Below are positions 46,309 through 56,376 of a DNA stretch of 64,000 bases, piece after piece. The notes under the pieces were generated by a model. It saw only the letters and a list, made by a program, of their open reading frames with translations, searched no databases and had not been told where the DNA came from. Positions within the stretch are counted from its first letter, which is position 1; every line of letters begins with the position of its first letter. Source of the DNA: a virus; IMG/VR virus record IMGVR_UViG_3300023179_007063, positions 1 through 64,000 of that record. One strand, written 5' to 3'. A program made the position numbers and the translations under genes.

Positions 46309-47034
46309 ATGAAAATTATAGACATAAGGAAGAAGCTTGAAGAATTGGGAACAAGTGTCTCAAGCATTCCACTTGGAGATTTTGACTATATTGGAAAATT
46401 TACAGCAGAAAGAATGAGAGATAGGGGGTCAGATCTCTATAACAAAGTAGGGGCCTTCTATAGATCGAATTACGAAAGAGGAATTTTGATCAGTACTCTT
46501 ATCAAGACCTATAAGATTGAGTCAGTTTTAGAGATAGGTTTTGGTAGAGGATATTCTACCTTCTGTGCTGCAAAAACATTTGATGAGCTTGGTATACAAG
46601 GGAAGATACACACAATTGATCCTAATTTCGATCAAAACCTAATTCAGAGTCTAAAAAGTGTATTTCCTCAAAAATGGTTCAGCTATATAACTTTTATGAA
46701 TGGAACATCAAGAGATGTTCTTCCATCTATTAGAGAAGAATATGATCTCATATACATCGATGGAGACCACTCATATGAGGGAACAAAATTTGACTGGGAG
46801 ATGACTAAAAACAAGTGGAAAAAGTGTCTTCTATTTGATGACTATCATCTACCAACAAAGAACGACCCGGGAATTCAATGCAGAGAATTGATCGATACTA
46901 TCGAAGATCCTTCAAAAGAATTGATCATAGGAGATAGAAGAATATTCTTTGATGATAGAAGACTACCTGACGATAAGATAGACTACGGTCAAGTCCTATT
47001 GACAAAACAGGGAATCATTAGCAATGACTGGTAA
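46309..47034 (+). CDS. SAM-dependent methyltransferase (Methyltransf_24-like)
   Basis: VLEIGFGRGYST, TIDP, YIDGDHSYE, FDDY. Confidence 0.88.
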   Translation: MKIIDIRKKLEELGTSVSSIPLGDFDYIGKFTAERMRDRGSDLYNKVGAFYRSNYERGILISTLIKTYKIESVLEIGFGRGYSTFCAAKTFDELGIQGKIHTIDPNFDQNLIQSLKSVFPQKWFSYITFMNGTSRDVLPSIREEYDLIYIDGDHSYEGTKFDWEMTKNKWKKCLLFDDYHLPTKNDPGIQCRELIDTIEDPSKELIIGDRRIFFDDRRLPDDKIDYGQVLLTKQGIISNDW

Positions 47035-47749
47035 TAGATTCGTGTTTGTGTGTCCAATGTTTAATGCATCCAAGACGCTTGAGAGACTTTTACACTCACT
47101 CTATGGACAGTCATACGAAGACTGGAAAATCATTATACTAGATGACGTTTCAGACAAGAACGATTCTATGCGTTGCAACGAGATTATCTACTCGTTTAGA
47201 AATTTCGGCTACGGCAAGATCAAGATCATTCACAACTCAGAGAAGAAGTGGGAAGTTGCAAATGTTCTTCATGGCATCTCGATGTGCGATGATAACGACA
47301 TCGTCTGCAGGATAGATGCTGATGACTGGTTGACCGATCTGGATGCGCTAGCAATCATAGACTCGACCTATCAACAGACAGGATGTGATGCTCTTTGGAC
47401 TGCTCATCGGTGGAGCTTTAGCGACAAGAACATCAGCGGTCCCATGCCTGAAGATGCTGATCCTTATGTGTTTCCTTGGGTTTCAAGTCATCTGAAGACG
47501 TTTCGAAAGAGCCTCATCAATGACGTCAAAGACGAGAACTTTAGAGGGGAAGATGGCAACTACATTCGTAGAGCCGGCGATCAAGCAATCTATCTTCCCG
47601 TTCTCAAGAAAGCAAAGAAACGCTTGTTCTTACCGCGAGTGATGTACCACTATACTATCAAAGACGTCCCAGAGACCTATCAAACTGATGACGCCAGGTT
47701 TCAGAGAGACGAAGCTGTCTTCTTGAGGAAAAGGGGTTACATAGAATGA
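47024..47749 (+). CDS. Glycosyltransferase family 2
   Basis: PMFNA, QSYEDW, ILDDVSD, RIDADDWL. Confidence 0.9.
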   Translation: MTGNRFVFVCPMFNASKTLERLLHSLYGQSYEDWKIIILDDVSDKNDSMRCNEIIYSFRNFGYGKIKIIHNSEKKWEVANVLHGISMCDDNDIVCRIDADDWLTDLDALAIIDSTYQQTGCDALWTAHRWSFSDKNISGPMPEDADPYVFPWVSSHLKTFRKSLINDVKDENFRGEDGNYIRRAGDQAIYLPVLKKAKKRLFLPRVMYHYTIKDVPETYQTDDARFQRDEAVFLRKRGYIE

Positions 47750-48114
47750 AATCTACCGTAAACGAAACGATTACAAAGCTTCTGGTAGAGAGGTTGCAGT
47801 GGAGGAAAGAACAAAAGCTTGACACGTCTACCTGCTCAGAGATATACCAAGACATCTTCTTTACTCTTTCTGAGATAGTGAAAGAGGCTAACACGCCGCT
47901 TAGCAATGAGTCAGTGAACCTGCTGTCGCAAATGTACTATGACAGTGTGACAGTACAGACGTCATCAGGTCCCATGGAGCTAGATCCTAACATCTTCACC
48001 CAGCGTGCCAAGATAGAAAATATCCCAACAAAGGAGCTAGCTCTTCTTGCTACGATGATGAATGGAACACCCTATGGCGACATCTTCGTCGGTGCTGTCA
48101 AGAGGCGGTCTTGA
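47746..48114 (+). CDS. Hypothetical protein
   Basis: Coupled ORF, 122 aa. Confidence 0.65.
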   Translation: MKSTVNETITKLLVERLQWRKEQKLDTSTCSEIYQDIFFTLSEIVKEANTPLSNESVNLLSQMYYDSVTVQTSSGPMELDPNIFTQRAKIENIPTKELALLATMMNGTPYGDIFVGAVKRRS

Positions 48115-49052
48115 AGGTACACGTCGACAATGTCGACCCAGCATCAAGAAGTGGTCCTAACTCTTTTGCATTTCGACTAACAACAGAGCTTGTCAAGCGA
48201 GGTCACACTGTCGCTCTAGACAGTGGAAAAGATGCAGACGTCTCTCTCATTTTCATAGAGCCTTCGGGAAGACAACTTGCAAAGCGAACAGTACAACGTC
48301 TAGATGGAATATGGTTTGCACCTGACGAGTTCCACCACAAGAATTCAAACATCAAGCAGATTTATCACCAAGCTGACCATGTCATATGGCAGTCTCAGTT
48401 TGACAGAAACATGACGACTACCTGGTGGGGTTCTCCTCGAGAGGGTTCAGTTGTCTCAAACGGCGCCTCAAACAGTTACAAGAAGTTTGACGCTGTAGAG
48501 GCTCAGATGGGTCTCCTCAGAGAGAAACACGAGAAGATCTTCGTGTGTTCTGCGAACTGGCATCCTCAGAAGAGACTGAAGGACAACATCCGTCTCTTTC
48601 GACACCTCAAGACCCACTATCCCACAGCGTGTCTCATTGTCATGGGATCTAACGGACACAACGGTGGCGAGTCTGACGTGTACGTAGTGGGAAACCAGCC
48701 TCACGATGTGTGCATGCAAGTCTTCGAAGCATCGGACTGGATGTTACACCTCGCGTGGCTAGACCACTGTCCCAACACCGTAGTAGAGTCCCTGTCCGTA
48801 GGAACACCAGTCATCTGCACAGAAGACGGAGGAACACGAGAGATTGTGGGAGACTATGGCATTGTCCTTCGCGAAGACGTGAAGTACAACTACGAGCTGA
48901 AAGACTACGACTCGCCCCCTCCTATTGACGTGACACAGGTAGGTATCCTACCATCGAAGAACGACCTGGGTGACCACCCAGACTTATCGATAGAAACAAG
49001 TGCAAGTAACTACATTAGAATATTCGAAGATTTACTAAAGAAGATACCATGA
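48111..49052 (+). CDS. Glycosyltransferase family 4 (GT-B)
   Basis: SGPNSF, QRLDG, KRL, DHCPNTVVESLSVGTPVI. Confidence 0.85.
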   Translation: MKVHVDNVDPASRSGPNSFAFRLTTELVKRGHTVALDSGKDADVSLIFIEPSGRQLAKRTVQRLDGIWFAPDEFHHKNSNIKQIYHQADHVIWQSQFDRNMTTTWWGSPREGSVVSNGASNSYKKFDAVEAQMGLLREKHEKIFVCSANWHPQKRLKDNIRLFRHLKTHYPTACLIVMGSNGHNGGESDVYVVGNQPHDVCMQVFEASDWMLHLAWLDHCPNTVVESLSVGTPVICTEDGGTREIVGDYGIVLREDVKYNYELKDYDSPPPIDVTQVGILPSKNDLGDHPDLSIETSASNYIRIFEDLLKKIP

Positions 49053-49945
49053 ACAAAGTCTACGTTCTACCACCTCGAGAAGATTGGATTGTTGACAGGT
49101 TTGTCAAAGAGTGGAATGAAGACAACTCCGACATTAGTGTGCATCACCCGAAAGATGCACAAGTTGTGTGGCTACTAGCAGACTGGTGTTGGGAGCGACT
49201 CTGGAGAAGTGGTGCGCTGAAAGACAAGAAGGTGATCACAACTGTGCACCACATAGTACCAGAGAAATTCGGACATCAGCAACGCCAAGAGTTCGATGTA
49301 AGAGACAAGATCACAACTGCGTATCACGTCTATAACGAGAGGACACTAGACTTTATTCGTCCGATGACAGACAAGCCCGTACACTTCATCAAATACTGGG
49401 CAAATCAGAAAATCTGGAATGTAACTGAGTCGAAGTCAGAACTGCGCAAGAAGTACGACATACCTGAAGATGGTGTGAAAGTAATTGGATCATTTCAGAG
49501 AGACACTGAGGGTCACGATCTCAAGAGTCCAAAGCTGGAGAAAGGTCCCGATCTTTTTGCTGACTACGTAGGAAAGCTGGCGGAGAAACCCTTCGTTCTA
49601 CTTGCAGGCTGGAGAAGACAATACGTGATCAGTCGCCTAGAGACTATGGGCATTCCTTACAAGTACTTCGAAAGGCCCGATCAAAGCACAGTCAACGAGC
49701 TTTATCAGTGCTTGGACTTGTATGTTGTTTCAGCTAGACACGAAGGAGGTCCACAGTCACTCATCGAATGTGGACTTACTAATGTACCTGTCATCTCAAC
49801 TCCCGTTGGAATTGCCGAACAAGTTCTACCGAGCAGTGCGATAAATGTCGATCTCGCAAAAGCAGAACCTGCAATACCCGATGTCGACAGTTGGAAACTG
49901 CCAGACGGCTATTTGCTGTATAGAAAGCTGATAAATTCTCTCTAG
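49049..49945 (+). CDS. Glycosyltransferase family 4 (GT-B)
   Basis: EKGPD, DLYVVSARHEGGPQSLIECGLTNVPVISTPVG. Confidence 0.85.
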   Translation: MNKVYVLPPREDWIVDRFVKEWNEDNSDISVHHPKDAQVVWLLADWCWERLWRSGALKDKKVITTVHHIVPEKFGHQQRQEFDVRDKITTAYHVYNERTLDFIRPMTDKPVHFIKYWANQKIWNVTESKSELRKKYDIPEDGVKVIGSFQRDTEGHDLKSPKLEKGPDLFADYVGKLAEKPFVLLAGWRRQYVISRLETMGIPYKYFERPDQSTVNELYQCLDLYVVSARHEGGPQSLIECGLTNVPVISTPVGIAEQVLPSSAINVDLAKAEPAIPDVDSWKLPDGYLLYRKLINSL

Positions 49946-49972
49946 AGTGTGGTACCTTATGTCAAGGTACAC

Positions 49973-50109
49973 ATGAAGATAGCAGGTATTTGGTCAGGTC
50001 ACGATTGCTCGTATTGCATACTTGATTCCGGAAAACCGGTTGCTTCTTGGGAACCAACATCGACTATTTATACTTTCCCGAGTACAACAAGATCTTGAGG
50101 AGAAAGTGA
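49973..50109 (+). pseudogene. Carbamoyltransferase (NodU/CmcH family) remnant with near-total internal deletion
   Basis: ATG 49973 reads MKIAGIWSGHDCSYCILDSGKPV (family N-terminus). From 50041 another frame reads CFLGTNIDYLYFPEYNKILRRK* (family C-terminus); its TGA overlaps the GTG of the next gene. Confidence 0.8.
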
Positions 50110-51038
50110 AAGTCTTCTTCAACAGACACCTGAGGCGTACACCCTGGGGAGGTGGAGTCCATTTTGCTACTGGTCTAGCTGACTACTTGGAGCATAATGG
50201 ACACAAAGCAACAACTGAGTACGAAGATGACGTCGATGTCATTCTAATGTTAGACCCCCGAGATGACGAAGGTTTCGGAAGAGTAGAACATCTGATATCT
50301 TACAAAAAACATCTTCGAGAAAAGGGCAGAAATGTAAAAGTAGTTCACAGGATAAACGATACTGACGTAGCAAGAGGAACAAATTTCCTAGTCGACCTCA
50401 ACATCAAGGCAAATTCGGCTATAGCTGATGAGACTGTCTTCATAAGCTCGTGGTTGAAAAACCACTATGAAGACAGAGGATTTAGTCGAAATAGCAGCGT
50501 CATAACAAATGGTTGCAATCAAAAGTGGTTTTACCCGAGGTCAACAAACAGCATAGAAGGCCCAGTTAGAGTAGTCACACATCACTGGTCGGACAACTAC
50601 AACAAGGGATTTGATGCATACATTGAGCTTGATAAGCAGCTTTCTCATAGAAGCGACATAGAATTTACATACGTCGGAAGATACTTCAAAGGCTACGCAC
50701 CTACAAATACAAAAATCATACAGCCTCTATATGGAATGCCACTAGCGGATGAGCTTAGAAAGCACGACGTGTATCTAACAGCAGCACGCTGGGAAGCGTG
50801 TGGAATGCATCACATCGAAGCTTCTTCTTGCGGCCTACCCGTAGTATATCACAGAGACGGAGGAGGCATCAATGAAGTCTGTGAATCACACGGAATTCAA
50901 TTCGAAGACCCGTCCAGAGTGTGCGATGTCATCTTAGAAGCCTTTAAACAACGCATCGAGCTATCTTCAAAAATTGCATACGAAAAGCTAGACAGTGATC
51001 AAGTAAATGCAATGTACTTGAAGGTGCTGTCAGTATGA
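50106..51038 (+). CDS. Glycosyltransferase family 4 (GT-B)
   Basis: Likely start GTG 50106 (MKVFFN..PWGGG); HHWSDNYNKG; EACGMHHIEASSCGLP. Confidence 0.85.
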   Translation: MKVFFNRHLRRTPWGGGVHFATGLADYLEHNGHKATTEYEDDVDVILMLDPRDDEGFGRVEHLISYKKHLREKGRNVKVVHRINDTDVARGTNFLVDLNIKANSAIADETVFISSWLKNHYEDRGFSRNSSVITNGCNQKWFYPRSTNSIEGPVRVVTHHWSDNYNKGFDAYIELDKQLSHRSDIEFTYVGRYFKGYAPTNTKIIQPLYGMPLADELRKHDVYLTAARWEACGMHHIEASSCGLPVVYHRDGGGINEVCESHGIQFEDPSRVCDVILEAFKQRIELSSKIAYEKLDSDQVNAMYLKVLSV

Positions 51039-51973
51039 AGATCATTGCCATAACTCCTGATAGAAAGAGAGACTATACAACAGAGCTCACACTGGAGGGT
51101 CTTAGAGATCTAGGTTGCAATGTAATCGTATCAGATGCAGGAAATGGCATAGAAGAAGCTGCATCCGAAGAGTCGATACTTGAAACTCACGATGCAGACG
51201 CTGTCATAGCTTTCTTTGGTAAAGTTAGAGGAAATAGACCTCCGAAGTATCATCTCCTAGACGATCTAAAGAAGAGATACAAGACAGCCTACATCGATGG
51301 GAGCGAGTGGACATGTACAGGTTATCCAAGTGAAGGTCAGATGTCTGACTCTTTGTCAAAGCCAGAGAGGCGAAGAGGTCATCCTTGGATTAATCAGCAC
51401 ATGAAAGACATCACAGATTTCTACTATAAGAGAGAGTGTTATCCACAAGATCTCGAAGAAGGAATCATTCCGCTTCCATTTTGTCTATCAAGTCGACACA
51501 TATCTGAGACAGTCAATAAAGACATAGACGTTATGTGTGTTTTTGGTCACAGTCTAACAGGTATGAGAAGAGAAGTAGTTCAAGAGTGCATGAATCTCAG
51601 AAGCAAGACTTCGTACAACATAGTAATAGCCGACAATTTAGATTCTCTCACTTATAGAAGCGTACTGTCTAGATCTAAAATTGTCATCGACGCCTGGGGA
51701 GGCGGAGACACCTGTGACAGATTCTTCGAAGCCATAGGCTCGGGCGCGTGCTGTCTATATCAGAGATACAATGTAGTAGTTGAGAATCCTTTCAGTGATT
51801 TCGAAAATGCTGTTTCGTATTGGGATACATCCACCTTGATAGACAGACTATCGATGCTGTTATCTTCCCCAGAGATTAGTAGGTTGATAGGTGAAAATGG
51901 AAAACACCACGCCATGAAATACCATACAGCGGCTATAAGAGCACAAAAAATACTCAACAATTTTCAGGTGTAG
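51035..51973 (+). CDS. Glycosyltransferase (CgeB/Glyco_trans_1_2-like)
   Basis: YYKRE, KDIDV, SKIVIDAWGGGDTCDRFFEAIGSG, IGENG..HAMKYHT. Confidence 0.78.
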   Translation: MKIIAITPDRKRDYTTELTLEGLRDLGCNVIVSDAGNGIEEAASEESILETHDADAVIAFFGKVRGNRPPKYHLLDDLKKRYKTAYIDGSEWTCTGYPSEGQMSDSLSKPERRRGHPWINQHMKDITDFYYKRECYPQDLEEGIIPLPFCLSSRHISETVNKDIDVMCVFGHSLTGMRREVVQECMNLRSKTSYNIVIADNLDSLTYRSVLSRSKIVIDAWGGGDTCDRFFEAIGSGACCLYQRYNVVVENPFSDFENAVSYWDTSTLIDRLSMLLSSPEISRLIGENGKHHAMKYHTAAIRAQKILNNFQV

Positions 51974-51976
51974 ACA

Positions 51977-52867
51977 ATGATTACATTTTGTGGATTTTCT
52001 TATAGAAGCTCTGGAATAATACGCGGAATGCAATTATCAGACCGCATAGAAGGATCTGATTTCCTCGATGTTGACAGATTGTCGGGTGCAAGACCAAAGA
52101 ACGACATCATCATCTACGTTAGAAAGTTTGATCCTGCCCATGCAAATTTCTGTAAGTCGATGGGTCTCAAAGTAGGATTTGACGTTGCAGATAACCCAGT
52201 AACAGATTTCTTATATGGAAGAGTGAAGAAAGACGACTTCGTCAGATACACACATCAATCAATAGACTTCTACATCGTCAATAATGACATTATGTTGAAT
52301 GAGATGAAGAAAGTGACTGACAAGCCCGTTTATGTCATTCCTCACCACAATTGCAACTTCTTGAAGAAGCACAATATGCTAAAAGGCAGACCGAAGAGAC
52401 TCGGCTACGTCGGCTTGCCAGAGCAGACAATACACGAAGATAGCATGATCAGTCTTTGCAAAAAGCTAGACGTTAGCTTCACATCTCAGGATGTGACTAG
52501 TCACGATCAGCTAGATGAAGCATTCTCTAAGATAGACATAGGAATCGTCTACTTCGACAGAGATGATTCAAAGAGTGAATATCAGAGCAAGATCTTGCGC
52601 TACAAGCCTGCAACCAAGCTTAGCAATTTTCAGAGCTACGGAATTCCAACAGTCTGTCTTCCTTACGAGAGTTTCAAGCAATTTGGAGGAGGAAAGAATG
52701 TATTCGTTGACAGCTTTGAAGATCTTGAAAATGCTGTTGAACGTCTAGTCAAAGATGAAGAAGCTTACTCTAGCCTAGCAAGCGAGTCTCTCGTACAAGG
52801 AGAATCTCTGCATATTGAAAAAGTTGTAGATTACTACCACGGCATAGCGAAAGATTTAGAGACATGA
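51977..52867 (+). CDS. GT-B-like glycosyltransferase
   Basis: SSGIIRG, VIPHH, LGYVG, IDIGI, KPATKL..FQSYGIP. Confidence 0.65.
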   Translation: MITFCGFSYRSSGIIRGMQLSDRIEGSDFLDVDRLSGARPKNDIIIYVRKFDPAHANFCKSMGLKVGFDVADNPVTDFLYGRVKKDDFVRYTHQSIDFYIVNNDIMLNEMKKVTDKPVYVIPHHNCNFLKKHNMLKGRPKRLGYVGLPEQTIHEDSMISLCKKLDVSFTSQDVTSHDQLDEAFSKIDIGIVYFDRDDSKSEYQSKILRYKPATKLSNFQSYGIPTVCLPYESFKQFGGGKNVFVDSFEDLENAVERLVKDEEAYSSLASESLVQGESLHIEKVVDYYHGIAKDLET

Positions 52868-53631
52868 GAAATGTTGTGAATTTGCTTGACGAGAAGAGTC
52901 TAAAAGAATCTTTTAGGGGCGCAGCTCCGTTCGACCATATAGTCATTGACAACTTTCTTCAAGAGAGCTTTGCTACTGACCTAGCCAACACATTTCCAGG
53001 CGTAAAAGATCACGTCTGGTGGGTATATGACAATCCGCTTGAGAGAAAGTTAGCATTCAACGACATATCACGACTACCTGCCTGTTTTTCACAATTCTTC
53101 TCTTGCGTAAACGGAGTAGAGTTCGTATCGTGGCTATCTAGAGTCACAGGGATCGAAAACTTAAGGTCTGACTCTTCTCTTAGGGGTGGAGGCCTTCATT
53201 ACATAAGAAAGGGTGGAAAGCTCGACGTACATCAAGACTTCAACATACACAAAGAGATTAACATGCTTCGAAAGGTTAACTTGATAGTCTATCTAAACGA
53301 AGCTTGGGATGAAAGTTGGGGAGGGCATCTAGAGCTTTGGGACAAAGATATGACTCGTCTGTGTCAAAGAATCGCTCCCATCTTCAACAGAGCAGTCATA
53401 TTCCGAACAGACACCGAATCGAACCACGGGCATCCACACCCTCTACAGTGCCCAGAAGATAGAGGAAGAATGTCATTAGCTACGTACTACTACGTAGAAG
53501 ACAAGAATATTGACACCATACCCTATAAGTCCACCGTCTACAAGAAGCTCCCAGGTGAAGATGACAGCTTAGACGAGCTAAGAATTAAAAGAAGCGAGGG
53601 TCGTCTAGCAAACATCACTTCAGGCAAATGA
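52864..53631 (+). CDS. 2OG-Fe(II) oxygenase (prolyl-hydroxylase-like)
   Basis: GGGLH, HQDFN (HxD), YLN..W..WGGHLELW, FNRAVIF, HGHP, RMSLATYYY. Confidence 0.9.
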   Translation: MRNVVNLLDEKSLKESFRGAAPFDHIVIDNFLQESFATDLANTFPGVKDHVWWVYDNPLERKLAFNDISRLPACFSQFFSCVNGVEFVSWLSRVTGIENLRSDSSLRGGGLHYIRKGGKLDVHQDFNIHKEINMLRKVNLIVYLNEAWDESWGGHLELWDKDMTRLCQRIAPIFNRAVIFRTDTESNHGHPHPLQCPEDRGRMSLATYYYVEDKNIDTIPYKSTVYKKLPGEDDSLDELRIKRSEGRLANITSGK

Positions 53632-54371
53632 GAAGACACATGACAAATAACGTCGCAATTGTCACATATACTACTTCTAAATACTCAGACGTTTGGGACA
53701 TGCATTTCGGTCAGCTAACAAGGCATGCTGCGAGCTTGAAAAGCTATGCATTCTCCGACAGGCTTTCTCGAGATGCATGGAAACACACCAAACACACACT
53801 TGTAACATACGAAGACAGCGATCCATACTGGAAGCAGTACACTACGTGTCTCAAGAGCATCGAAGAAGACTTTGTCATCTATTCACAAGAAGACTTCATA
53901 TTGTTTGCAGATGTAGACTATGCTGCTCTGAATAGGTACAGAGATTTCTTGTCGAATACAAACTATGACTATGTACGTCTAATTAGATGCGGATATTCAA
54001 CACCGCTTGACAGACCAGTGCAGGAAGACATCTATGAGGTCGACATGAGCACGAATGATGCATTCTCCATGCAGGCAACGATGTGGAAGAAGTCATCGAT
54101 AGACAAGTTGTATAGACATGTCAAATCAGAGAAGTGGCTGGAGTCAGAATCGTGGAACTCAGGTGCTCGTGAGATTGGTATAAAAGGAACGCTTGTCTAC
54201 AACGGTGAGAGAAAGATTGGAGCATTCCATTACGACTCTATCGTGTATCCTTATGTCTGCACTGCAATCAACAGAGGAAAATGGAATGTTGATCAATATC
54301 CAGATGTAATGAGCGAAATGTTTACGAAGTACAATATAGATCCTTCAGTCAGGGGTATTAGAGTTAGATGA
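53628..54371 (+). CDS. Putative GT-A-fold glycosyltransferase
   Basis: YSDVW, VIYSQEDFIL, QATMWKK; context in glycan cluster. Confidence 0.55.
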   Translation: MRRHMTNNVAIVTYTTSKYSDVWDMHFGQLTRHAASLKSYAFSDRLSRDAWKHTKHTLVTYEDSDPYWKQYTTCLKSIEEDFVIYSQEDFILFADVDYAALNRYRDFLSNTNYDYVRLIRCGYSTPLDRPVQEDIYEVDMSTNDAFSMQATMWKKSSIDKLYRHVKSEKWLESESWNSGAREIGIKGTLVYNGERKIGAFHYDSIVYPYVCTAINRGKWNVDQYPDVMSEMFTKYNIDPSVRGIRVR

Positions 54372-55165
54372 AGATCTATAGCTTAGTATTCGACTACAAT
54401 TTGTCGAAGATGAAAGGGACAGGTCGTCCATGGGCTGAAACTGCTTATAAGAACAAGGACTTCATCTTTTCATACTCAGCAGCTTCAATTGCAACATTTC
54501 TTCATCACAACCCACATCTTCCATACGAGATCCTTACAGACGATGTGTACTTGCTCATCAGAAAACTCGATGAATATGCAGTAGATACTCACAACTTGAC
54601 CATCACAGATGCAAGAAGCCTAATCAGTGAGTGGACTTCACACTGGTACTGCTTCTGGCCTCTCATAAAGTCTTTTGACTATTTTGCAAGAGAGTCGAAT
54701 CAAGGTGTCTTGAAGCTTGACAACGACTTGACTTGCTTGAAACCCATAGACGATCTTCTTAAACATGATGGTGCAATTGTCTGGAAGCGGGAGAGAAATT
54801 GTAGCGACGGTCGCGAGTACTGGGGTGAGAAGTATGCAGCTAAGCGGGCATTTGGAACAGACAACTTTTCAATCTACAACACAGGAACGTGGGGCGTCTC
54901 ATCTCAACACGTAGAATCAGCTCACTCCATACCCGATCTATGCGAGAAGATGATATCCGTCGATGTCACCGATATCTCCAGATTTCCAGAAACACCAGAA
55001 GTAAGAACTAAAGTCTTTAACACTAGCGATCAAGTATCTAATTGCTATTATCTAAGCTACAACGATATTCCTGTTATAGAATCTAAGGCATGGTTCGAAC
55101 ACCATTGCTATGGACATGATGCAAAAGCACAGTGCATAGAGAGAGCCGTGCGTCTAAAGAAATGA
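54368..55165 (+). CDS. Putative nucleotide-diphospho-sugar transferase
   Basis: ILTDD, LKLDND (DxD), YNTG; context. Confidence 0.55.
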   Translation: MKIYSLVFDYNLSKMKGTGRPWAETAYKNKDFIFSYSAASIATFLHHNPHLPYEILTDDVYLLIRKLDEYAVDTHNLTITDARSLISEWTSHWYCFWPLIKSFDYFARESNQGVLKLDNDLTCLKPIDDLLKHDGAIVWKRERNCSDGREYWGEKYAAKRAFGTDNFSIYNTGTWGVSSQHVESAHSIPDLCEKMISVDVTDISRFPETPEVRTKVFNTSDQVSNCYYLSYNDIPVIESKAWFEHHCYGHDAKAQCIERAVRLKK

Positions 55166-55788
55166 GAATTATCAAGCAAAAAGAATTCAATGAACCTTCT
55201 AGAAGAGTAGGGCCAAAAAAAGACGAATGCTACTACTTGAAGGCGTTATACAGCACACTTGTTCATTTTCGACCAAAAGTATGTCTAGAGATAGGCACAC
55301 ATACGGGAAAATCTTCTCGAGTTTTTCAGAAATACTTTGATGATTACATGCCCGACGGATTGTTAATTACATGCGACATCAAAAAGTATGTTGATCTCTC
55401 AAGTCTTAAAAATGTAAGACAGATCATAGTATCACATCACATACCAGATATTGATCGACTTCACAATGTAGATTCAGCGAGTCTTGTATTCAACGACAAA
55501 GAGTCAACAAAGACCAATATAGATCTCATAAAGAAAGAGTCTCAGTTGTACGACTTTGCATTCATTGATGGCGATCACACTAGAATCTCATTCCTAAAAG
55601 ATTTGGAAATATGCGAGTCTGTGCTGTCTCATCCTATGAACATTCTGATAGATGACACGAAAGAACCTGTACACGAATGCAAATCTGTGTATGAAAATGA
55701 GATAAGAAAATCGAGTCTATACGAATGTTATGACTTTGAAGACTGGGATGTATTTGTTGGATGCTCTTTAATAAAGAGAAGGTCATAA
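55162..55788 (+). CDS. SAM-dependent methyltransferase (Methyltransf_24-like)
   Basis: LEIGTHTGKS, TCDI, AFIDGDH, LIDD; start ATG 55162 overlaps the upstream TGA. Confidence 0.82.
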   Translation: MRIIKQKEFNEPSRRVGPKKDECYYLKALYSTLVHFRPKVCLEIGTHTGKSSRVFQKYFDDYMPDGLLITCDIKKYVDLSSLKNVRQIIVSHHIPDIDRLHNVDSASLVFNDKESTKTNIDLIKKESQLYDFAFIDGDHTRISFLKDLEICESVLSHPMNILIDDTKEPVHECKSVYENEIRKSSLYECYDFEDWDVFVGCSLIKRRS

Positions 55789-55791
55789 GAA

Positions 55792-56355
55792 ATGGGAAGT
55801 CTAGATAAGAACGTTCTTGCAAGCATATTGAATAGTCACAACGCAGCTTTAGAAGACTTCCCAATTTTTATAGAGACGGGAACTCATTTAGGTACGACTA
55901 GCGCAAGGATGAGTTCACTTTTTAGAGAAGTTCACACAATTGAGATATCCGATCTTTATTACGAAGAATCGAAAAAGTCGCTTAATAGACTACAGAACGT
56001 AAAAACTTATTTGGGTGATTGCGTAGATTTGCTTCCGTCGATACTTTCATCTTGTGTTGGAAATACAGTCTTTTGGCTTGATGGTCACTGGTCTGGCGGG
56101 ACGACGGGGAGAGGTAAAGATGATTGTCCTGTTCTCGATGAATGCAAAATAATAAACAACTATTTGAGTCAAACATGTTCTAAGTCTATCATAGTAATCG
56201 ACGACTATAGACTGTTTGGTGAAATAAAAGAACACAATTGGAAGAACATCACCGTCAATAATATCAGATCGATCTTTCCAATTGAAAAGATTCGTACTGA
56301 TATGATTAACAATAAGGTCGACTGCTACAGCATCTGTGTCTCTTACGAGAAATAA
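55792..56355 (+). CDS. SAM-dependent methyltransferase-like protein
   Basis: FIETGTHLG, HTIEI, GDC, FWLDGHWSGG, IDDYRLF. Confidence 0.78.
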   Translation: MGSLDKNVLASILNSHNAALEDFPIFIETGTHLGTTSARMSSLFREVHTIEISDLYYEESKKSLNRLQNVKTYLGDCVDLLPSILSSCVGNTVFWLDGHWSGGTTGRGKDDCPVLDECKIINNYLSQTCSKSIIVIDDYRLFGEIKEHNWKNITVNNIRSIFPIEKIRTDMINNKVDCYSICVSYEK

Positions 56356-56376
56356 ATGCATACCAATAACAATCAT

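Noticed and set aside
50022-50105. N-terminal extension of the GT in the ORF track (TTG start)
   Set aside because: It is an alternate frame of the carbamoyltransferase remnant; GTG 50106 gives the expected GT N-terminus.
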